Source: Escherichia coli (GTDB lineage Bacteria > Pseudomonadota > Gammaproteobacteria > Enterobacterales > Enterobacteriaceae). From it: a stretch of 64,000 bases of DNA. The stretch lies in the NCBI RefSeq assembly GCF_003334305.1, contig NZ_QOWS01000023.1; one strand, written 5' to 3'. Every line of letters starts with the position of its first letter. Position 1 is the first letter of the stretch. The notes beneath the pieces are model-generated. The model was not told the origin of the DNA. It ran no database searches and was given only the letters and a program-made list of their open reading frames with translations. The position numbers were made by a program, and so were the translations under genes. Shown piece by piece: positions 56,606 to 64,000 of the stretch.

Positions 56606-58090
56606 ATGGGGTCCACCTCGTCGCTGTATGCAGCCATTGATCTCGGTTCGAATAGTTTTCATATGCTGGTTGTGCGCGAGGTGGCTGGAAGCATCCAGAC
56701 GCTGACGCGAATAAAACGCAAAGTGCGTCTGGCTGCTGGCCTGAATAGCGAAAATGCCCTGTCTAATGAAGCAATGGAGCGCGGTTGGCAATGTCTGCGC
56801 CTGTTTGCTGAACGTCTGCAAGATATCCCTCCCTCGCAAATTCGCGTTGTCGCTACGGCGACATTACGTCTTGCCGTCAATGCGGGTGATTTTATTGCCA
56901 AAGCGCAGGAAATCCTCGGTTGTCCGGTACAGGTAATCAGCGGTGAAGAGGAAGCACGTCTGATTTATCAGGGCGTTGCTCACACAACTGGCGGTGCCGA
57001 TCAGCGCCTGGTGGTGGATATAGGCGGTGCCAGTACTGAACTGGTAACCGGCACGGGTGCACAAACCACCTCGTTGTTCAGCCTGTCGATGGGCTGCGTC
57101 ACCTGGCTGGAACGCTATTTTGCCGATCGTAATCTGGGGCAGGAAAATTTTGATGCTGCAGAAAAAGCGGCACGCGAAGTGTTACGTCCGGTTGCCGATG
57201 AATTACGGTATCACGGCTGGAAAGTGTGCGTTGGTGCTTCCGGCACCGTGCAGGCGTTACAGGAAATCATGATGGCACAGGGGATGGATGAACGCATTAC
57301 CCTGGAAAAGTTGCAGCAATTGAAACAGCGAGCCATTCATTGCGGTCGGCTGGAGGAACTGGAGATTGACGGGCTGACGCTGGAACGTGCGTTAGTGTTC
57401 CCGAGTGGTCTGGCGATCCTGATCGCCATTTTTACCGAACTGAATATTCAGTGTATGACCCTGGCGGGCGGTGCGCTGCGTGAAGGCCTGGTCTACGGCA
57501 TGTTGCATCTGGCCGTCGAGCAGGATATTCGCAGCCGTACGCTGCGTAATATTCAGCGCCGCTTTATGATCGATATTGATCAGGCGCAGCGCGTAGCCAA
57601 AGTTGCAGCTAACTTCTTCGATCAGGTGGAAAACGAATGGTATCTTGAAGCAATAAGCCGCGATTTGCTCATCAGCGCTTGTCAGCTTCATGAAATCGGC
57701 CTGAGCGTTGACTTCAAACAAGCGCCGCAACACGCTGCTTATCTGGTGCGTAACCTGGATCTTCCCGGTTTTACCCCTGCACAGAAAAAACTGCTGGCGA
57801 CGCTACTGCTCAACCAGACTAACCCGGTCGATCTCTCATCGCTGCATCAGCAAAATGCCGTACCACCGCGCGTCGCAGAACAACTCTGCCGTTTACTCCG
57901 CCTGGCCATCATTTTTGCCAGCCGTCGTCGTGACGATTTAGTGCCAGAGATGACATTACAGGCTAACCATGAACTGTTGACCTTGACGCTTCCGCAAGGT
58001 TGGCTAACCCAACATCCGCTGGGTAAAGAGATTATTGCTCAGGAAAGCCAGTGGCAGAGCTATGTCCACTGGCCGCTGGAAGTGCATTAA
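56606..58090 (+). CDS. gppA: guanosine pentaphosphate phosphohydrolase (494 aa)
   Basis: ORF track 56597-58090; ATG at 56606 gives [33 protein letters not shown]... Confidence 0.93.
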   Translation: MGSTSSLYAAIDLGSNSFHMLVVREVAGSIQTLTRIKRKVRLAAGLNSENALSNEAMERGWQCLRLFAERLQDIPPSQIRVVATATLRLAVNAGDFIAKAQEILGCPVQVISGEEEARLIYQGVAHTTGGADQRLVVDIGGASTELVTGTGAQTTSLFSLSMGCVTWLERYFADRNLGQENFDAAEKAAREVLRPVADELRYHGWKVCVGASGTVQALQEIMMAQGMDERITLEKLQQLKQRAIHCGRLEELEIDGLTLERALVFPSGLAILIAIFTELNIQCMTLAGGALREGLVYGMLHLAVEQDIRSRTLRNIQRRFMIDIDQAQRVAKVAANFFDQVENEWYLEAISRDLLISACQLHEIGLSVDFKQAPQHAAYLVRNLDLPGFTPAQKKLLATLLLNQTNPVDLSSLHQQNAVPPRVAEQLCRLLRLAIIFASRRRDDLVPEMTLQANHELLTLTLPQGWLTQHPLGKEIIAQESQWQSYVHWPLEVH

Positions 58091-58136
58091 TGAGTAAGTG
58101 CCGGATGCGATGCTGACGCATCTTTTCCGGCCTTGA

Positions 58137-60158
58137 TTATTTCCCTCGTTTTGCCGCCATCATCGCTTTCAGATTCGCCAGATGGCTTTGCCCTTTCAGC
58201 ATCCGTTCTTCGGCGCTGACCACTTTGCGCTCCTGTTCCCAAATCAGATCATCCTGCGGCAGCTCCAGCAAAAAGCGGCTCGGCTCCGGGCGCACCAGCT
58301 CGCCGTACTGACGGCGTTCTTTACACAGCGTAAAGGTCAATTCCTTCTGGGCGCGGGTAATGCCGACATAGGCCAGCCGCCGCTCCTCATCGATATTATC
58401 TTCATCGATGCTGCTCTGGTGCGGCAAAAACCCTTCTTCCATACCGACCATGTAGACATAAGGAAACTCCAGCCCTTTTGACGCGTGCAGAGTCATCAGT
58501 TGCACCTGATCCAGCTCTTCTTCACTCTCACCACGCTCCATCATGTCGCGCAAAGTAAAGCGCGTCACCACCTGGGTGAGCGTCATCGGCTCATCCAGTT
58601 CACTGCCTTCCAGCATCTCCGTCATCCAGCTAAACAGTTGGTTGACGTTCTTCATGCGCATTTCGGCGGCTTTCGGGCTGGGCGATGTTTCGTACAGCCA
58701 GGATTCATAATCCATGCCATGGATCAGATCACGCACCGCAGCAATCGGCTCCCGCTCCGCCAGGCGCTGGATTTCTGCCAACCAGTGAGTGAAGCGGGTC
58801 AATGCTTCATAACCACGTCCGCTAAGCGTCTGACTCAGGCCCATATCAAAGCTGGCGGTAAACATGCTTTTATTGCGCGTCATCGCCCACTCACCCAGCT
58901 TTTTCAGCGTCGCCGGGCCAATCTCTCGCTTCGGCGTGTTAACGATACGCAGAAATGCGCTGTCATCGTCCGGGTTAGTCAGCACGCGCAGATAAGCCAG
59001 CAAGTCCTTGATTTCAGGACGAGAGAAAAACGACGTACCACCAGAAATTTTGTACGGGATGCGGTTTTGCATCAGGAATTTTTCAAACACCCGCGACTGA
59101 TGGTTACCGCGATAAAGAATGGCGTAATCTTTGTACTGCGTTTTATTGACGAAGTGATGGGCGATCAGCTCGCCAGTAACGCGCTCGGCTTCATGTTCCT
59201 CGTTATTCGCGCTTAAAACTTTTAGCTCTGTGCCGTAACCCAGTTCGGAGAACAGACGCTTTTCAAAGACGTGCGGATTATTGGCGATCAGGATGTTCGC
59301 CGCTTTCAAAATACGTCCGGAAGAGCGGTAGTTCTGCTCAAGCTTAATCACCTTCAGCGCCGGAAAATCCTGACTCAGCAGCACCAGGTTTTGTGGACGT
59401 GCGCCGCGCCAGGAGTAGATCGACTGGTCGTCATCGCCCACCACGGTAAAGCGCGCGCGGCTGCCCACCAGCAGTTTCACCAGCTCATACTGGCTGGTGT
59501 TGGTGTCCTGATACTCATCCACCAGCAGATAGCGAATTTTGTTCTGCCAGCGCTCGCGGACTTCTTCATTGCGTTGCAGCAGCAACGTCGGCAATAAAAT
59601 CAGATCATCGAAGTCGAGAACGTTACAGGCTTTCAGGTGTGCATCATACAGCCCATAACAATGGGCAAAAATACGGTCCCGCTCGCCAATCGCACTGGCT
59701 GCCGCCTGGGACGGTGTTTTGAGATCGTTCTTCCAGTTAGAGATGGTCGAAATCAACTGTTGCAGGAGAACTTTGTCATCTTCAATCAGCCCTTCGGTCA
59801 ACTCTTTGAGCAACGCCAGCTGATCGGTATCGTCAAACAGCGAAAAGTTCGCCTTCATCCCCAGCGCCGCATACTCACGCTTGATGATATCCAGCCCCAG
59901 CGTGTGGAAGGTGGAGATCATCAGCCCACGCGCCTCTTTGCGACCCAGCGTCTGCCCGACACGCTCTTTCATCTCGCGCGCCGCCTTATTGGTAAAGGTC
60001 ACCGCCGCGATATGTCGCGCCTGATAACCGCAACCGCGGATCAGATGAGCGATTTTATTGGTGATAACACGAGTTTTACCGGAACCCGCGCCCGCCAGCA
60101 CCAGGCAGGGGCCGGTAACGAATTCGACAGCTTGTTGTTGGCCGGGGTTTAGACGCAT
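58137..60158 (-). CDS. rep: ATP-dependent DNA helicase Rep (673 aa)
   Basis: ORF track 58137-60209; ATG at 60158 gives [42 protein letters not shown]... Confidence 0.96.
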   Translation of the reverse strand: MRLNPGQQQAVEFVTGPCLVLAGAGSGKTRVITNKIAHLIRGCGYQARHIAAVTFTNKAAREMKERVGQTLGRKEARGLMISTFHTLGLDIIKREYAALGMKANFSLFDDTDQLALLKELTEGLIEDDKVLLQQLISTISNWKNDLKTPSQAAASAIGERDRIFAHCYGLYDAHLKACNVLDFDDLILLPTLLLQRNEEVRERWQNKIRYLLVDEYQDTNTSQYELVKLLVGSRARFTVVGDDDQSIYSWRGARPQNLVLLSQDFPALKVIKLEQNYRSSGRILKAANILIANNPHVFEKRLFSELGYGTELKVLSANNEEHEAERVTGELIAHHFVNKTQYKDYAILYRGNHQSRVFEKFLMQNRIPYKISGGTSFFSRPEIKDLLAYLRVLTNPDDDSAFLRIVNTPKREIGPATLKKLGEWAMTRNKSMFTASFDMGLSQTLSGRGYEALTRFTHWLAEIQRLAEREPIAAVRDLIHGMDYESWLYETSPSPKAAEMRMKNVNQLFSWMTEMLEGSELDEPMTLTQVVTRFTLRDMMERGESEEELDQVQLMTLHASKGLEFPYVYMVGMEEGFLPHQSSIDEDNIDEERRLAYVGITRAQKELTFTLCKERRQYGELVRPEPSRFLLELPQDDLIWEQERKVVSAEERMLKGQSHLANLKAMMAAKRGK

Positions 60159-60374
60159 AGGTGTATTGCTCAATCTTCGAACGGGGGGAGGATTGTAGCA
60201 GAATCGCATTTGAATGTGACCGCGTGTAAGCCGCTAACCGGTTGGCTGCGGATGTTTAAATCAGAGAGAGAAGACCGAAACCGGAGTTCATCGTGAATCC
60301 ATTAGACTTAGAAAATATCGGGTCGTAACGTTGTGTTATTACTTTTTCAGAGTTTACTAAGGAGAGGTGTACTC

Positions 60375-60824
60375 GTGGCGATTAATTTCAGTCCTAAGGT
60401 TGGTGAAATACTGGAATGCAACTTTGGTAACTATCCTGTTAGCCAGAATGGACAGTTCAGCACCACGTATTACGATGGCCGCATTCCTCCTGAAATGATA
60501 AAAAACAGGTTAGTTGTCGTGCTCAACGGAAAAATTAATGGCAACGCATGTATCGTCATTCCATTATCAACCACTCGCGATCATGACAAGTTAAATCGTG
60601 GAATGCATGTTGAAATAGCCAGTAATGTTATCAATGGCCTGCAATTCTTTGATCAGCAGATTCGTTGGGCCAAAGCCGACCTGGTACAACAAGTCAGTCG
60701 AAACCGATTAAATAGAGCAAGGACTTACAGAGGGTATCTTAATCAATGTTTGCCACATGAGTTGGTTGCAGACATACAGAGGGCGGTCATCAAGTCAATC
60801 AATGCCATATCGCTCATAAATTGA
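60375..60824 (+). CDS. yifN: PemK/MazF-like toxin-fold protein (yifN-like), ~149 aa from GTG at 60375; ORF track starts 60333
   Basis: ggagag Shine-Dalgarno then GTG; translation MAINFSPKVGEILECNFG...RLVVVLNGKINGNACIVIPLSTT... resembles the PemK/MazF pattern of a Gly-rich N-terminal strand and a hydrophobic V-I-P-L-[ST] core; I recall yifN at this position in K-12. Confidence 0.55.
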   Translation: MAINFSPKVGEILECNFGNYPVSQNGQFSTTYYDGRIPPEMIKNRLVVVLNGKINGNACIVIPLSTTRDHDKLNRGMHVEIASNVINGLQFFDQQIRWAKADLVQQVSRNRLNRARTYRGYLNQCLPHELVADIQRAVIKSINAISLIN

Positions 60825-60901
60825 CAATAAAATCACCATCCCCGATAATGACTTTGTAGCCCATAGAGGCCCTAAGTTTTCTCCCCTTGAGGGACCTGCG
60901 A

Positions 60902-60924
60902 AGCCCGGATTTTCCGGGCTTTTG
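60902..60924 (+). terminator. rho-independent terminator after the yifN-like ORF
   Basis: agcccgga tttt ccgggct hairpin followed by TTT. Confidence 0.5.
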
Positions 60925-60998
60925 CCATATATGTACCAGCCCCTCCCTGACTGACAATTACGTTAGCATCTGCGGATCATGCTAAAATCGCCGCCTGA

Positions 60999-61304
<306 letters not shown>

Positions 61305-61308
61305 TAGC

Positions 61309-61340
61309 AAGGCCTTCTCCAGGAGAAGGCCTTGAGTGTT
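61309..61340. terminator. stem-loop between convergent ppiC and ilvC
   Basis: aaggccttctcc agg agaaggcctt hairpin followed by gtgtttt. Confidence 0.5.
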
Positions 61341-61390
61341 TTCTCCCTCTCCCTGTGGGAGAGGGTCGGGGTGAGGGCATCAGCGCGCAC

Positions 61391-62866
61391 TTAACCCGCA
61401 ACAGCAATACGTTTCATATCTGTCATATAGCCGCGCAGTTTCTTACCTACCTGCTCAATCGCATGGCTGCGAATCGCTTCGTTCACATCACGCAGTTGCG
61501 CGTTATCTACCGCGCCTTCCGGAATAGCTTTACCCAAGTCGCCCGGTTGCAGCTCTGCCATAAACGGTTTCAGCAACGGCACACAAGCGTAAGAGAACAG
61601 ATAGTTACCGTACTCAGCGGTATCAGAGATAACCACGTTCATTTCGTACAGACGCTTACGGGCGATGGTGTTGGCAATCAGCGGCAGCTCGTGCAGTGAT
61701 TCATAATATGCAGACTCTTCAATGATGCCGGAATCGACCATGGTTTCGAACGCCAGTTCAACGCCCGCTTTCACCATCGCGATCATCAGTACGCCTTTAT
61801 CGAAGTACTCCTGCTCGCCGATTTTGCCTTCATACTGCGGCGCGGTTTCGAAGGCGGTTTTGCCGGTCTCTTCACGCCAGGTCAGCAGTTTCTTATCATC
61901 GTTGGCCCAGTCCGCCATCATACCGGAGGAGAATTCGCCGGAGATGATGTCGTCCATATGTTTCTGGAACAGGGGTGCCATGATCTCTTTCAGCTGTTCA
62001 GACAGCGCGTAAGCACGCAGTTTCGCCGGGTTAGAGAGACGGTCCATCATCAGGGTGATGCCGCCCTGCTTCAGCGCTTCGGTGATGGTTTCCCAACCGA
62101 ACTGAATTAGTTTTTCTGCGTATGCCGGATCGGTGCCCTCTTCCACCAGCTTGTCGAAGCACAGCAGCGAGCCAGCCTGCAACATACCGCACAGGATGGT
62201 TTGCTCACCCATCAGGTCAGATTTCACTTCCGCAACGAAGGACGATTCCAGCACGCCCGCACGGTGACCACCGGTTGCTGCCGCCCATGCTTTAGCGATC
62301 GCCATACCTTCGCCTTTCGGATCGTTTTCCGGGTGAACGGCAATCAGCGTCGGTACGCCGAATCCACGTTTGTACTCTTCACGCACTTCGGTGCCAGGGC
62401 ATTTCGGCGCAACCATGACTACGGTGATATCTTTACGGATCTGCTCGCCCACTTCGACGATGTTGAAACCGTGCGAGTAACCCAGCGCCGCGCCGTCTTT
62501 CATCAGTGGCTGTACGGTGCGCACTACATCAGAGTGCTGCTTGTCCGGCGTCAGGTTAACCACCAGATCCGCCTGCGGGATCAGTTCTTCGTAAGTACCA
62601 ACTTTAAAACCGTTTTCGGTCGCTTTACGCCAGGACGCGCGCTTCTCGGCAATCGCTTCTTTACGCAGAGCGTAGGAGATATCGAGACCAGAATCACGCA
62701 TGTTCAGGCCCTGGTTCAGCCCCTGTGCGCCACAGCCGACGATAACCACTTTTTTACCCTGAAGGTAGCTCGCGCCGTCGGCGAATTCGTCGCGCCCCAT
62801 AAAGCGACATTTGCCCAGCTGTGCCAGCTGCTGGCGCAGGTTCAGTGTATTGAAGTAGTTAGCCAT
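61391..62866 (-). CDS. ilvC: ketol-acid reductoisomerase (491 aa)
   Basis: ORF track 61391-63016; ATG at 62866 gives [49 protein letters not shown]... Confidence 0.97.
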   Translation of the reverse strand: MANYFNTLNLRQQLAQLGKCRFMGRDEFADGASYLQGKKVVIVGCGAQGLNQGLNMRDSGLDISYALRKEAIAEKRASWRKATENGFKVGTYEELIPQADLVVNLTPDKQHSDVVRTVQPLMKDGAALGYSHGFNIVEVGEQIRKDITVVMVAPKCPGTEVREEYKRGFGVPTLIAVHPENDPKGEGMAIAKAWAAATGGHRAGVLESSFVAEVKSDLMGEQTILCGMLQAGSLLCFDKLVEEGTDPAYAEKLIQFGWETITEALKQGGITLMMDRLSNPAKLRAYALSEQLKEIMAPLFQKHMDDIISGEFSSGMMADWANDDKKLLTWREETGKTAFETAPQYEGKIGEQEYFDKGVLMIAMVKAGVELAFETMVDSGIIEESAYYESLHELPLIANTIARKRLYEMNVVISDTAEYGNYLFSYACVPLLKPFMAELQPGDLGKAIPEGAVDNAQLRDVNEAIRSHAIEQVGKKLRGYMTDMKRIAVAG

Positions 62867-63015
62867 GGTGATTCCTCGTGATGTTGTGCTTCTTATTGTT
62901 CGGTTCGCGTTTGCGAGATTGAATTCACTATATGACAGGAAATTTATTGCGGAAATTGATATATTCACAACGTCACATTGCAATTTCTGCAACGTCAACA
63001 TTGAGGGCTGCGCCA
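62867..63015. promoter_or_regulatory. ilvC-ilvY divergent promoter/operator region
   Basis: 149-bp divergent intergenic region; known site of IlvY-dependent ilvC activation; operator positions not resolved. Confidence 0.55.
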
Positions 63016-63909
63016 TTGGATTTACGCGATCTGAAAACCTTCCTGCATCTGGCGGAAAGCCGCCATTTTGGCCGCAGCGCGCGGGCGATGCACGTTAGCC
63101 CATCCACGCTCTCTCGGCAGATTCAGCGCCTGGAAGAAGATCTTGGTCAGCCGCTATTTGTGCGCGATAACCGCACGGTAACGCTGACCGAAGCGGGCGA
63201 AGAGTTACGCGTTTTCGCCCAGCAAACATTGTTGCAGTATCAGCAACTGCGCCACACCATCGATCAGCAAGGGCCGTCGCTCTCTGGCGAGTTACATATT
63301 TTCTGCTCGGTGACCGCCGCTTACAGCCATCTACCGCCGATTCTCGACCGCTTCCGCGCGGAACACCCGTCGGTGGAGATCAAACTCACCACTGGTGATG
63401 CGGCAGATGCAATGGAAAAAGTGGTCACGGGAGAAGCGGATCTGGCGATTGCCGGGAAACCGGAGACGCTACCCGGCGCTGTGGCGTTTTCGATGCTGGA
63501 GAATCTGGCAGTAGTGCTGATTGCCCCCGCGCTGCCCTGCCCGGTGCGTAATCAGGTATCTGTCGAAAAGCCCGACTGGTCAACGGTGCCGTTTATTATG
63601 GCCGATCAGGGGCCGGTACGCCGCCGCATTGAACTGTGGTTTCGACGCAATAAAATCAGCAACCCGATGATTTACGCCACGGTTGGCGGGCATGAAGCGA
63701 TGGTATCGATGGTGGCGCTCGGCTGTGGTGTGGCGCTGTTGCCGGAAGTGGTGCTGGAAAACAGCCCGGAGCCTGTACGCAACCGGGTAATGATTTTAGA
63801 TCGCAGCGATGAGAAAACGCCGTTTGAACTGGGCGTGTGTGCACAAAAAAAGCGGCTGCATGAGCCGCTGATTGAGGCGTTCTGGAGGATTTTGCCGAAC
63901 CACAAATGA
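63016..63909 (+). CDS. ilvY: LysR-family regulator IlvY (297 aa), apparent TTG start
   Basis: Translation from TTG at 63016 gives (M)[47 protein letters not shown]...; the ORF track extends 28 codons further upstream. Confidence 0.88.
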   Translation: MDLRDLKTFLHLAESRHFGRSARAMHVSPSTLSRQIQRLEEDLGQPLFVRDNRTVTLTEAGEELRVFAQQTLLQYQQLRHTIDQQGPSLSGELHIFCSVTAAYSHLPPILDRFRAEHPSVEIKLTTGDAADAMEKVVTGEADLAIAGKPETLPGAVAFSMLENLAVVLIAPALPCPVRNQVSVEKPDWSTVPFIMADQGPVRRRIELWFRRNKISNPMIYATVGGHEAMVSMVALGCGVALLPEVVLENSPEPVRNRVMILDRSDEKTPFELGVCAQKKRLHEPLIEAFWRILPNHK

Positions 63910-63923
63910 CGTTGTCGCGCGGT

Positions 63924-63981
<58 letters not shown>

Positions 63982-64000
63982 GCCAGACACAGCGCCGTCA

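Noticed and set aside
58485-60152. Plus-strand ORFs of 243 aa, 108 aa and 171 aa
   Set aside because: All antisense to rep.
62201-62881. 226-aa plus-strand ORF
   Set aside because: Antisense to ilvC.

Overview
This window is an Escherichia coli-type chromosomal segment, almost entirely core genome. I identified genes by recognising the translated ORFs from memory, not by any database search. Gene order matches the K-12 udp-ysgA-metE-metR-yigM-yigL-pldB-rhtB-rhtC-recQ-pldA-yigI-rarD-corA-yigE-uvrD-yigB-xerC-yigA-dapF-yifL-cyaY-cyaA-hemCDXY-glmZ-aslB-(argX-hisR-leuT-proM)-yifK-wec/ECA cluster-rho-trxA-rhlB-gppA-rep-ppiC-ilvC-ilvY region, inverted relative to K-12 numbering. Three intervals depart from that backbone. 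(1) The rarD-corA interval (about 13.63-16.31 kb) is strongly AT-rich and holds two small hydrophobic ORFs, a diverged duplicate of the corA 3' end, and a translationally coupled two-gene module (284 aa + 159 aa) of unknown function; this is my best candidate for an undescribed accessory system. (2) The yifL-cyaY interval (about 24.16-28.28 kb) holds a three-gene cluster: a membrane-anchored 184-aa protein and two tandem paralogous exported repeat proteins, with a duplicated ~170-bp promoter/signal-peptide segment. (3) aslA appears reduced to a ~53-codon 5' remnant. Smaller observations: an orphan PemK/MazF-like ORF next to rep, a (CCTGCA)n coding microsatellite in hemX, and a possible 1-nt difference shortening the rho leader peptide. 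No CRISPR array, IS element, integrase or prophage gene was seen.
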